DNA of 64,000 nt from Paragordius varius (lineage: Eukaryota; Animalia; Nematomorpha). The notes below the pieces were generated by a model. It ran no database searches. It was not told the DNA's origin and was given only the letters and a program-made list of their open reading frames with translations. The stretch's first letter is position 1. Every line of letters begins with the position of its first letter. The stretch lies in contig OZ176056.1 in the NCBI GenBank assembly GCA_964247055.1, positions 4,650,001-4,714,000 of the forward strand, read 5' to 3'. Shown piece by piece: positions 44,901 through 56,819 of the stretch. The position numbers and the translations under genes are program-made.

Positions 44901-47900
44901 AATAAATATTTTTGCAACAAACTAACATTTTCTTTTGATGAGAATGAACCAATTTTTCGCCGTTTTTTGCAGGCCGTGGTATCGTCTGATTGTTCATTTT
45001 GCATGGTTTTACTGTTTTGGCTAAAATCTACCATTTGGTTCAAAGCTATCCGTCTATATCCCACTATATATGAAATTGGATTAATGTCATAATATTTATA
45101 AATTATACGAATGTTAAATAAATTATTCTTATAAAGCCAGTTACTCTAACCGCGGCCCTAATTTGGCTTTTTTATGGCCCCGAATTATTTCATAATTTTT
45201 TGATATATGTATTTGTAATAAATATGATAGGTTGAAAGAGGTATTGTAACCCCTAATAAGATTGGTCCTTTAAAATTTTTAGTTAGTCCCACTGTTATAT
45301 GTTAAAGAAGATTTATTAAAGATATTCTTTTTTTCTATAAAAGTATGGACTTGAAAATTAAAGGCATAATCCAGGTAAGTCGACTAGTTTGTCCCCCAAT
45401 TCCATTACAGTTTTTTCAAAAAAACCGAGTTATGCTAAATATGAATATTATATTTTTAAAATAGTTCTGCTGTTCCTTTAAGAATCAAAAAACATAAAAA
45501 TACAATATTTAATTATATTTATTTTAACAAAAAATTTTTAACTTTATTGAAATAAATAAATTCCATAAAAATCATATTACAGATATAAAAATTAATTATC
45601 TTTTCCCCTAAAAGGGTCATGTTGCAAATGAACCATGTATTTTTCAGACAATAGCATCCATATTAAAAACGTCGGAAATATGTCAGTCGATAAATAATAA
45701 AGTACGTTTCTTATACTGATTGGACTTGGGGAAGATACGGCTTATCCACATAGCCCGTTTTAAAAAATTCAAATTAATTTTTATAATTAAATTTTTGGTA
45801 TTCATTTTTTGTAATAAAATCAAAAATATCATAATTTTGGGCAAAGAAATAAACCTCAAAAAAACTACTAATCAAACGAGTTAGTTCACCAATATAAATT
45901 CAATAAAGAAATAATGGTGATCAGCATAAGCTAATTGTTGGTTGTGCGAAAAAACTAAGGAAACTGTTTAAAGTAAACTTCACCCGAATTCCTGAAATTT
46001 TATAGATATAACTGCCGTCTATATTCAAATTTTCTCTAACATATTGATTATTATTCCAAGAGAGAATTTTAAAATAGAAAAAATAAATTAAATTTATTAT
46101 TTAAGCTCAATTTTAGGGCTTCGAAATAACTACACTAATATATATGTGAAAAGATATATTCAACTTCAAACGATTCTAACTCAAAAACTAAGTCCTTATT
46201 TATAAATTGAAAAAGTGTATGTAAACAGCATTAACTAATTACCTTAGAGGTGTTGTCCATTATGAATAGCTATTATGGGATTTAAAAGGGGCCACATATA
46301 TATACCATTTACAATTCGAATTCATCCTTGAACAATTCCAATTCACCCTCGAACATTTCAAATTCACCCTAAAAATAAATTAAATGTTTTCGTGCTAATA
46401 TAACTCATCATTAATAATATATTCTTATGGCATAATTTATTATTTTTTTAGTAGTATATTAATTTTAAACAACATTTCATTGTTTATAAATATAAAAAAA
46501 TAGGTAATTTTTATTTTTGAAAACACCTAATTTATTTTAGGGTGAATTTGCAAGGGTGAATATGAATTGTTCAAGCGTGAATTTGAATTGTAAATGGTAT
46601 ATGTAATACGGCGTTCACAAGTTATTTGTGACTTAAATAAAAAAATTATGTATATTTGAAAATTATTGACTGAATTTTATGAAATTTTCCCGTGTATTTT
46701 ATTTGACAATTAATAATTAATAATCATTTTTATTCTTTTTTTTCACTATCACCATATGTTTTTCGTTATTTCAGGGTTGGACACCTAAAATTTGCTAGAA
46801 TGGCTTACTCTTTATACAGTCATGTATGTTTAGAATTGTCAGATATACGTTTTTGATTGATTTCACTTTGTTTTTAATTGTTTACACTAATTAAGCTATT
46901 TTTATTTTAATGCTTAAAAATGCGCATGTTGAAAGTTGACATATCAAACATTAAAACAATTAAAAACAAATTATAATCATTTAAAAACGAATTTCTGTCA
47001 ATTCTACATATACATGACTGTATTTAAAGATTACTATCTATGATCGAAAAAGCAACAAATTATATAACTAAATTTGTTATTCCATTTATATTAAGGTTAA
47101 ATATGCATAAAAAAATATTCTAAGATTACAAAGTTAATATATATGTCTTTTTAAAAACATGAGGTAAATAATACTCTATTTGGTTAATCATCTTTAAGAA
47201 TAAAATGTAATAGTGAATGTTAATCCTTAATCATAAATTGTTACGATTCGGCATATGACACCCGATCCTGTGATAATGAAAACATTCGGTAATAGTCAGA
47301 TTTTCTAATTTATGTAATTTTAGTTAAACTATAACGCAAAAAAGTTGTATTAGCTATTTATACATTTTAAAAGATCCACTTTTTAGCCATTATGAGAAAA
47401 ATTCGAATAAGTATTGTCCGAGGAAGGATAACGAATGCTTTCGTTAAATCCCTACGGCCATGTATAATATCAAATAAAATAGACCAAAACATGAACCTTA
47501 GTTAAACACTTGGATTTAAGCCATTCATTTCAGTCCTTCGATTCGAATTGAGGTCGTTGAATACCGCAGGTTTAAAATTAAATATTTCAAAAAATATGGG
47601 AAAAATTAAAACCTTGGCAAAAGTGCAATTATATAACATTGTTAAACTAAAATATAAAAAAAATCATTTTTAGAATACTTAATATTACTTATTCAGAGGA
47701 TAAACACAAAGTCAAAAATTTAACCACAATCACATGTATGCATAAACTAAATATAAAAGTATGGTAAAAATACCACTTATTTTAGCCTTAGGATCAAATG
47801 AGCACGATATATTGCAAAAATGTTGTAAAATAAAAATAGCGAAGTAGTCTGACATGGAAATTTTTTTCGAAATTAAATTTTATTATTTTGGCTTAAATAT

Positions 47901-50900
47901 ATAATTTTTATTAAGATAGAAGCATAAACGTATTTTGGAACCGTTTCTTTCGGTATTAAAAATACCAACCAAAATATGTCCGGGATATTTAGATACCCCC
48001 ATATGAATCGAAGTGTTAACACAGAGTGTATTCTGATTACACAGTGTTCAAAATTGGGGAGAGGGGAATAATATACTATGAATAAATATATATAAATAAT
48101 ATATATATATTTGAAAAAAATTTATAATAAAGATTAATGAATCTTTAATTTGAAAAAAGTTAAATAAAAACTAGGATTAGATACCCTCGTTTACGTTATG
48201 CATAATTATCTTGGTGCTTTAGGTTTTTACCAATCATTTAAGAAATTATTTACACTTTTGTATCGCTCCATATAGAAAAATCGCAAAATAGCGCAATTTT
48301 TGGCTTTCTCCAATGCCGAAATCCCGTTAGAATAATTAATATATGCTTGTTAGAATATGACATTAAAAATTATTTTTGGAAAAAAACAAATACTTATACA
48401 TTTAATTTTTTACGTTTGTTGAAGCGTATCATATCGTATTTTGAACATAGTTTGTAGTGTTAACGATATAAAATGCTTATTAATTATAAAAACACCTTTT
48501 CTATATAATTGGTAATACTGAAGATCTACCGCCTCAGATTATTATTAATTTAAATATGCCCTTTACTTTAAACTAAAATAGACCTTTTCCAAAAATCCGT
48601 TTCCATACTGCTTAAAAATATCACAAAATAGGCTTTCACATAGTTTTGTTAAAATTTAATTTTTGGAGCAAAGTGGTCGTTTTTAAAAAGGTTAATTTTT
48701 ATATCAATCTAATATAATTTCCTAGTGCGCTTTGTACCAATACTTGTTCACTTACTAGCCCATTTTGGCGGCGTAAAGAATTCAAGCTTTCGGCACATAT
48801 AAAAATAAAGCATGCTAATTTTTCTGCTATTAAAATATATTTTATAATTTATTTAAAAAATATCGGGGCTTATAAATCACTTTGCTTAAAACATAAAATT
48901 TTGATTAATGTAGACCAATTTTGCGACTTTCCTAATTACCACAAGAATGAAAATATCCTTAAATGTTGAATTCAGTACAACCATCAAAATATTAAAATGT
49001 ATAATCATGGGGTTTACTCCCAATTTTGTTACTTTATTCAAGGGGTACACATCATTTAAACTTTATTGTAACAATAATATTTGTTAAAGCATTATCAAAA
49101 ATTATATTGTTATTATTGTACAATATATTTAAAATTAATTAATAGCAAAACTAGTTTTAGGAAAAAATCGATATTTATTTGCGTACAAAGTACGTACATC
49201 CTTCCCATTGCCATGAAATTTAATCCTCCGGAAATAATATAATGATACATGTTTAATATTTTGTTTTTCATAAACTTTTTCATCAAAATAACCTTTGAAA
49301 TGTGGACTTTTTAAAATGAATTGTCACGGTAACTGAATAAAAAAAGTGTAATTAGTTATATGCTTAAAAGAGGTTTTTAATTTCAGACGTTTTTTTAAAA
49401 AAAAGATACGTTATAGGTAGGATAAAGCGGATGAAGAATATGTGTATTATGAATCAATCAAAATATAATGGTGGTTATTTCTAAAGTTTTGATTGAAAAC
49501 TTAAATAAAACCAAAAAGATGTACCCTAAAGATATCAATTAATAACGCACTTAGTTTCAACTAATTTATTACGGTAACAAATACTCTCATAAATTTATCA
49601 AATTAAATGCCCCTAAAGCAAATTCCGTTTGTTGTAAAACTTGTTAGATGCATAATCTAAGTCATAATAATTGTTTTAAGGCAATTAAATTTATATTAGT
49701 TACTGGTTATTTGGATATTCCGATTTTCATTTTAAATAATATACCAAACCGAATCCAACTAGTAGCTTTGGCACACATAAGAGACCTCCTATAAACATAA
49801 ACACCTTAACCACCATCATGAGCTTATTATTAGTGGGGTGAAAATCCATAATGATACAGCTTTGAATACGCCGAAGAAGTAAATATGTTTAAACAATTTG
49901 TTGATAGGAAAAACAATTATGTTGGGTTACTTAACATAAAATATATTATTCAACAAATTATTTGTCTCAATTATACTCTAAACTACCCTTGAACGTACCT
50001 TTTAAGAGCTCAAGCCCAAAAATATTTTTTAACTAAGACACTTTCATGAGTCCAGCATAATCTTGTTAATAAGTAATCAATTTAGATTGATTTGCAATAA
50101 AAGAACTTTTAAAATCATTTATAATAATAATTTTCATGTAATTATATAGTATATGTAATCAATAGAAAATAATTTTAAGATAGATTTGATATAGGATATC
50201 TGAAATTGTTATTCAAATATAAATATAACGCATTAAATGTCTAAATTATGAGAGAGAGAGAGTATATAAAGAAAAAAAAATAAATAACCAATATATTTCT
50301 ATAATGTGCTTTATAAAGAGAATTTGTCTTTGAAGAGACTGCAATGATATGCCATCATGCTTATTGTATAACTATAACGAATTAATTAATACAACGAACG
50401 TTTAAACTTTGTTGTACAAAGCAATCATTACATTGTGAACTTTATGCGTAGTGAGGTGTGAATGATTGGATCAATTGAAAAAAACCAATTTTTTGTTTAA
50501 TAATTAAATTATACAATTAATTATGGGCACATATCTAAAAAATTAGATCACCATACAACATATTTATGAGCATGCAAAATAAAGCAAATGAATTAAAACG
50601 GCCTGACATTATTAATCGTATGCTTGAATCATGTGATTATTTTTATCGTTTGGCGTCGATACAGTATTTTCCATCTATGGTAATGGAATTCTTTTATTAT
50701 TGCTAATATTGATAGATGGGGAAAGAGACATAACGCATGATTTCGGATGCAATGAAGATGTGGGCAATGTCGATGGTTTAGCCGACATATCAAATGGAGT
50801 CGTAAGCTTGATATTTACCAATTTAGGAGGAAGAGTGGTTTGATTTTGTAATTCTGGTTGTTGCTTAATTCGTGCCACTGACATTAATGAACAATTTGTA

Positions 50901-53448
50901 GCAATGGTGGTTGGATTACAAAAGCTTGATTTGGTCGTCGTTTGTTGTTGTGTTACAAAATTTTGTGGTGAAAACGTTTTGTTGGGAAACAGAGTTGAAT
51001 TAGTATGAGATGTAGGAGAAACTGTGACAGAGTTTGCATTGCTAACAACAAATGGAGGAATGCTATGAATATTGCGAGCCAAAACAGACCTTACATCATT
51101 CACAAAGCGTAGCGCATCTAAAAAGGGTAATAAATCCAGCAAAGCCGTGTCTTTAGGATCATTAAACCAAGAACGAATGTGAATTCCATTGTGAGGATAA
51201 TGTTGTTTGTAGGCTGAGGGTGAATTATCAAGTATACACACGCGTGAAAGATCGGGTTCAACTTTAGCTATATCTTTGCTAAAACTAAAATCACTTTCGC
51301 ATGTACAATGTTGTCTAAAAAATCTACGAGGAAACAATGATTCAGAATTGGTTAATTTCGTGAAATCTTTTCCAATTGTATTTGGGTCCACAACATTAAC
51401 AGTTTCTAAAGACATATCCGTTTCTTGTTGAAGTAAACACGTACTATTAACGTAAGCCTTAACTGATCGTTCCAAACTATCAGCTACGTTTGAACCATAT
51501 ATTTGTAAACTTGCTGTATATATTACGAGATCATACCATTGACTAACTATGGATAAAAATTTATCCACGTGAGGCCTTTTATAAACAAAAAATCGTACCG
51601 GATGTCTATCTATGGCCAATTTTAAAATAAAATCAGCATCTTTCACACCAGGAAGGACATTAGTGCCTAACGTTTTGTTATTGGCAATTAATCCAATGTT
51701 ATTCAAAAAAATGTTTTGATGCCGATAATTAATTGCTTTCATCCAATTGTACATGTACATGGATATAAAACTAATTAAAGATTGGCAAAGCAGTAAACTT
51801 ACACCAAGAGAATAGCACACATAACATAAGGTTATATAAAGTGTGTAAAAAAGACATATTGACACATAAGCTATAAAACATTTGGGTAAATGATAGGTAA
51901 TTAAGAGAACCAAAGCAAAAGAACGCAGCCCGCAGACAATGCATGTTTGAGTGAAAAACTGTCCCAATGTAAATCCTTGATTTTTATTGTTTTTTGACGT
52001 TTTTTCCGTCATTGGTATGGTATTGCATTTATCATCATTCTTTTTGTGATTAATTATATTATTGTGGTCAAAATAATTGTTGTAAGCTGGTAAGTGAAAT
52101 AAAGTTTTGATACAATCCAAACTAATAAACACCAACTGAGGTATATAATTTACAACATATTTTTTATCGAGGTTATCTGCATGTTTTTTTACATTCAATT
52201 GGTCCACAATTAGTTTTTCGTAATGTGAAAGATATATTTCATATAACATAAATAATGATCCTAACCGGGACCAAAGGGATAGAGTATCAAATAAAGATAG
52301 TTTGGTTTGAGCAATAGGAGTTTTGGTGCCAACAGGTAAAACTGAAATCGGGTAGGTAAGAGATCTGACATTTGTAGGGCCTTTCAAAATACGTGAAGCA
52401 TTCAAGTCACCAAATGAAGAATTCAGTTTTGTATTAATATTCATCCAAGTTGTTGTAAAACAATCTCTTAAAGTTTGAATCATTGTGGCCTGATGAGCTT
52501 TCTGTTGTTGGTGTGAAAGAAGTGCGGTACGCCAGACAATATTATTTTCGTGATATGAATGGATAAGCGTTTCATCCAAATCCAATATAAGTACCTTCCG
52601 CTTCAAAAGAGTTAACATGTGGAAAGATAACGGACTTAAACAGAAGTATTCCGACACATGTTTGGAGAAAGGGTTAATTTTATGTTTTTTTGCTTTTTGA
52701 TTTTTTTTCGAACATTGTTTGGATAATAATTTATCATTATTACTGAGCAGAGGTATAATTGCATCTTTATTATTAAAAACGGATTCTTTTTTATCAAAAA
52801 CTATTTTGTTTTCAATATTATTGGTGGCGTCAACAGATAAACAACTTAAGTTTTGATCACATTTAAATTTTGGAAGGATTCCAAATGCATCAATAAGTTT
52901 AAAACGTTTCAATTTGGTGGGATTTATAGTTAGAAGAGAATAGATTTTGTGTAAAGTGAAATACACCTTCTTACGACCATTACTTGTAAAAAGTCCCAGA
53001 GTTAATATCGCCCAAAGTATTGTCAAAATTATATATAAACATTTAAATAATGATGTTAAAGTGACTGTTAAAGAATTTACATATTTGGTATAAAATGTCA
53101 TTAACGAAGAATCATGAGATGATTGGTTGTGTTGATAGACTAGAGTGGCTGAATGCATTTCATTGTTAGAATTATTATGTATATTTTGATAATACAATGG
53201 TTTCGACATGAATTTATACGAGGATAAAATAGATTTTCTGCACATCATCTTTCAAGATGTTAGTAAAACAATTGGTGTTTTAAAATCCGCACCACACCAC
53301 GCATAAAGCTACACACAATACATTTTAGTATAATGTCAAAAAATATTAGAAATAAAAATTACTTACATTCAAAGGCAAATTTAATAGTATCCAATAGGAA
53401 TTGATCATTTTTCTTGGCGATAATGTTTAGGTCACAAAAAGCAGGCAT
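41957..53448 (-). CDS. RPP30: Ribonuclease P/MRP protein subunit p30, 7 exons, about 351 aa
   Basis: Exons 53448-53367 ([27 protein letters not shown], phase 1, donor GTAAGT), 45063-44927, 44289-44189, 44103-43937, 43552-43451, 42493-42269, 42198-41957 (1056 nt). Motifs: [70 protein letters not shown]. No other suitable first exon was found between 45064 and 53366. Confidence 0.92.
43030..43219. mobile_element. Degenerate palindromic Tc1-type MITE (RPP30 intron 5)
   Basis: Arms AGTATGAGTAAGTACGCATTGCTGGAA / TTCTAGCAATGTATACTGATTCATACTG|TA and CAAAAGGCAGTATTATT / AATAATACTGCCCTTTG. Confidence 0.55.
44613..44817. mobile_element. Family B MITE, degenerate left end
   Basis: AAATTCACCCTCGAACAATTC ... 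GGGTGAATTTGAATT ... GTGTAAATGG|TATA. Confidence 0.7.
46305..46597. mobile_element. Family B MITE, well preserved
   Basis: TATA|CCATTTACAATTCGAATTC ... GAATTTGAATTGTAAATGG|TATA with three 21-bp units per end. Confidence 0.88.
46817..47020. mobile_element. MITE derived from the element at 55612-56738
   Basis: TA|CAGTCATGTAT ... ATACATGACTG|TA. Segment 46905-47020 matches the right TIR of 55612-56738 (CTTAAAAATGCGCATGTTGAAAGTTGACATATCAAAC). Confidence 0.88.
47503..48019. mobile_element. Family A MITE, diverged copy (RPP30 intron 1)
   Basis: TAAACACTTGGAT ... GAATCGAAGTGTTAA. Confidence 0.8.
50675..53248 (-). CDS. CTDNEP1: CTD nuclear envelope phosphatase 1 (Dullard/Nem1 family HAD phosphatase), single exon, 857 aa
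   Basis: Uninterrupted 2574-nt ORF with an N-terminal hydrophobic segment, [61 protein letters not shown] and [27 protein letters not shown]. The C-terminal motifs fit CTDNEP1 better than CTDSP/SCP. Confidence 0.95.
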   Translation of the reverse strand: MMCRKSILSSYKFMSKPLYYQNIHNNSNNEMHSATLVYQHNQSSHDSSLMTFYTKYVNSLTVTLTSLFKCLYIILTILWAILTLGLFTSNGRKKVYFTLHKIYSLLTINPTKLKRFKLIDAFGILPKFKCDQNLSCLSVDATNNIENKIVFDKKESVFNNKDAIIPLLSNNDKLLSKQCSKKNQKAKKHKINPFSKHVSEYFCLSPLSFHMLTLLKRKVLILDLDETLIHSYHENNIVWRTALLSHQQQKAHQATMIQTLRDCFTTTWMNINTKLNSSFGDLNASRILKGPTNVRSLTYPISVLPVGTKTPIAQTKLSLFDTLSLWSRLGSLFMLYEIYLSHYEKLIVDQLNVKKHADNLDKKYVVNYIPQLVFISLDCIKTLFHLPAYNNYFDHNNIINHKKNDDKCNTIPMTEKTSKNNKNQGFTLGQFFTQTCIVCGLRSFALVLLITYHLPKCFIAYVSICLFYTLYITLCYVCYSLGVSLLLCQSLISFISMYMYNWMKAINYRHQNIFLNNIGLIANNKTLGTNVLPGVKDADFILKLAIDRHPVRFFVYKRPHVDKFLSIVSQWYDLVIYTASLQIYGSNVADSLERSVKAYVNSTCLLQQETDMSLETVNVVDPNTIGKDFTKLTNSESLFPRRFFRQHCTCESDFSFSKDIAKVEPDLSRVCILDNSPSAYKQHYPHNGIHIRSWFNDPKDTALLDLLPFLDALRFVNDVRSVLARNIHSIPPFVVSNANSVTVSPTSHTNSTLFPNKTFSPQNFVTQQQTTTKSSFCNPTTIATNCSLMSVARIKQQPELQNQTTLPPKLVNIKLTTPFDMSAKPSTLPTSSLHPKSCVMSLSPSINISNNKRIPLP
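53249..53265 (-). promoter_or_regulatory. Candidate branch point and 3' splice site directly before the CTDNEP1 ATG
   Basis: Minus strand TACTAAC (53265-53259), then ATCTTGAAAG|ATG. Use of this site is inferred, not shown. Confidence 0.55.
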
Positions 53449-55611
53449 CTGAGATAATGGGTAAATCGAAAATCCGAACCGTAAATATTGAAAACAAAAT
53501 TTTCAAATGCAAAAAAAATAAATATTTTAAAAATGAGTAATTTAATATTTATGTACATATATATTATTTTTGATACAATTTATAACAAAAAAAACATTCA
53601 ACTATATATTGTTTTATTAAATCCATGAAAGTTTTATGATAAAAATGGGGATAGTCCTGTAAAGATATATATATATAATTTTGATAGGAAAAGTATGGAC
53701 TATCATAACACTTTTGGTATTGGTCCTAAGAGTGATTTTCATAAGTAATTGCATTTTCTGGTAACCGCACCATATCATAAGATTAGAATAGGCACATGTT
53801 ATATAATTTTTTGTAAATAGGACAAAAAAAGCAAAACGATTTTTAAAGAATTTTAGATTTTATAGTTTTTAATTATTTGGACCCCAAAATGGGTGAGTTC
53901 TCTATATAAAGATGATAGAGCCAAGATTGCCTACTAGCTATAAATATTTGTTAAATCTTGACATTACATTATGACCCTTTTATTTTTTCGGCCGCAATGA
54001 AATTGGGATAGTTTTTTTATCTCAGAGCTCAATATTATAAATAAACTTTTAAAGTCATTATTTATTCTCAAATATTGTTCACGTATATTAGATTAAAAGC
54101 TTATATATTTTCCAGAAACTAGCTCCAAAAATGGATTGAAATAAACAGCTGGTGTAAGGGGATAAATCTCCAGTATTTCTGGTAAGATGTATTCAGCTTA
54201 ATAAATTTAATTATTTTTTGATTTTAACCAATTTGACCGTATTAGCTATTATATATAATAAAAAAACGGGCGAATTTATGATGAGTTTTAGAATTGCACA
54301 TTTTTTAAAAAATATTTTTAAATTCCGCCCAATACCTTTGATACTTATTAATATATTCAATTAGAAATCCTTCTGGGATGTAAAACTAGCCGAAAAGATC
54401 ATATAGTGTTAAGAACAGAATATCAAAAAATGAACAAAGAAGCACATAAACTTAAATTTTTTAGTTCAGACGCTTTTAAACATAAAATATAATTGAGCAC
54501 AAGATCATCAATGCATAAATCCGAATGTATATCTTCTGAAAAAAAATTATTAGGAATATCATAGTGCCTTTGGTTTTGGGCCGACGAGTGATATAAGTAA
54601 AAAATTACCACTTGGGTGCTACCGTAATGCAAAATTCGCACCTTTTAGGCGCCTGCGTTTGATATCGGGGAGGGTGCATAAAATATGATCTGATGATATA
54701 TATATATATTCTGATAGAAAAATGCATCAGTTTTATCATGGTGCTTTTGGTTTTGGCCCTTACGAGAGATTTGAGAAAGTTATTTACTCTAAACTCCATA
54801 TAAAAATGAAAATATTTGCTCACAATAAATAAAGTTTTTTGGTGAAAGTTAAATGCTTCATTCCAAAATCTATATAATATCATTAAGTAGATATAAAATG
54901 TAAAAAGATATTTTTAAATTTTTTTATAAGATGTGGGCTTAAAAAGTTCTAAATTTTTTGGCTCCTAAATAGGCTAGTTATCTTAAAATACGCAACAATG
55001 CAAATTGCATTTAGAATATTTTAAATATACGCTATTTGATATCAACAAAAATTATTTTTATGCATTCTCTTTAAATAATTTCATTTTTGGCAGATTTCTG
55101 TTGCAGCGTACTTCTTCAGGCATGCACACTATAAAAGAGCTTTAGGATATTATGCACATTTTTTTATATATTTTGAATCTACACATTTCTAGCGTTTTAG
55201 AATTTTAAGTAGGTTCTTTTCATCGGTTAAATTTCGTAAAAAGGCACAATTTATATTTAACATAATTTTAAAGACGATAGAATATTTTAATCAATATTGT
55301 GAGGTGATAGAAATGTTCAGCATCAAACTATATTGAAAAAGTGTTTTTATTATATCTTAAAGGTTTTTTTACTGTTTTTATCATGACTATAGGATGAGAT
55401 ACGCTTGAAAATTTTGCTAAAATTATATTTTTGAAAAAAGATATGCACATTTTTAAAAATATTTTGAATTGGTATCAAAAATAAGCATATATTTATATTT
55501 TTCAGGCACCTTGGTATTTTTGCTTTTATTTTTAGAGAACTACCCTTTTTTAGAACAGCAAAAAAATTTGGACTTTCGGAGCCCACATCTAAAAATTAAA
55601 ATAATTTAATA

Positions 55612-56738
55612 CAGTCATGTCTATATAGAATTGTCTTTTTTTTTTATTTAAATGATTATAATTTTTTTTAATTGTTTTGATGTTTGATATGTCAACTTTC
55701 AACATGCGCATTTTTAAGCCTTAAAATAATAGTAGCCTATTTATTGTAAGAATTTTTAATTTATAATTAAAAGATATTGCAAAATATTATTCTTGATGCA
55801 CAACATGCGCATATTGTAATTTTTATCTTTTGTAAAATATTAATTATAAAATTTTATTAATAAAGTTTAAACACACATAACCAAAATATAATTTAAAAGA
55901 TAAAAATATTTATTGATTATAATATTTAAATAAATTTATAATTGTTTTCATTTTCTAGGGGTTTTCTTTGTATACATTCCAACAAAATATGTGAAGAAAA
56001 ATTAAAATAATTTTTTAGATTTTTTTCCCTTCTCTCTTCGCAAAGTCTTGAAATTTTGTTATGCTGCTCTAAAGGGGTACTACACCGGGGTTTTTTATCA
56101 AATTGATGTTTAATCTCATGAAAAAAACATTCAATGGGATTCAGTTGTGGCGAATAAGGAGGTAAATAAACAATTTTATTTCTTAGCTCACCTACAACCA
56201 CAGCTTTGTGAATAGGTGCATTATCGCAAACTATTATTGAACTTAATAAAAACTGAGGGAGCTATGTTTTCCTTTAATATTGGATTTCGTTCTGAATTTT
56301 TATTTTTTAATATAAACCTTCAAGTACACTAGCTGCCGAGCAAAGAAGAAATAATGGGTTATCGTTGATATTCATAATTTTTTAAAATAACTCTAGATTT
56401 ATGATTTATTTCTTTATATATATAGAGATTAAATGGACATCTGCTTGGGTTTTCTTATATATTTTAAGTGCATGTTAAAAACCCCTAGAAAATGAAAACA
56501 TATATTAAACTTGGTTATCATAAATTACATGCGCATGTTGTAGATAAAATGTTCAAGAATAATATTTTGCAACATCTTTTAATTATAAATTAAAAATTCT
56601 TACACTAAATAGGCTATTATTATTTTAAGGCTTAAAAATGCGCATGTTGAAAGTTGACATATCAAACATCAAAACAATTAAAAAAAAATTATAATCATTT
56701 AAATAAAAAAAAAAGACAATTCTATATAGACATGACTG
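55612..56738 (-). mobile_element. Internally deleted IS630/Tc1/mariner element with about 190-200-bp TIRs
   Basis: TA|CAGTCATGTCTATATAGAATTG ... CAATTCTATATAGACATGACTG|TA. Near-identical long TIRs, each with two CAACATGCGCAT copies. Transposase fragment inside. Confidence 0.92.
55926..56375 (-). pseudogene. DDE transposase C-terminal remnant
   Basis: IIVCDNAPIHK ... VYLPPYSPQLNPIECFFHEIK. Upstream in-frame stops, and the N-terminal part is missing. Confidence 0.88.
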
Positions 56739-56819
56739 TAATATTAATTTACTTTTTTATATGGTTTATGATATATATATTAGTGATAATTTATCGAATT
56801 AAACTTTTAGCCTGCATTA

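Noticed and set aside
45371-45381. ACTTACCTGG on the minus strand, identical to the U1 snRNA 5' end
   Set aside because: Downstream sequence does not continue as U1. It is simply the complement of a consensus donor site.
47387-47502. Open frames on both strands ([12 protein letters not shown]... plus; [10 protein letters not shown]... minus)
   Set aside because: They could not be linked in phase to other exons, and the resemblance to an RT motif is too weak.
54116-54181. Exon-like segment with strong acceptor and donor upstream of RPP30
   Set aside because: All three frames contain stops. It could be a non-coding exon, but the sequence alone gives no support.
54423-55586. ORFs at 54423, 54605 and 55350
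   Set aside because: Composition is typical of chance AT-rich ORFs, with no recognisable motifs or linked splice structure.
56303-56328. GT...AG 26-nt segment inside the transposase relic as a third micro-intron
   Set aside because: Removing it does not restore the frame to the DNAPIH motif. Decay by indels explains the region as well.
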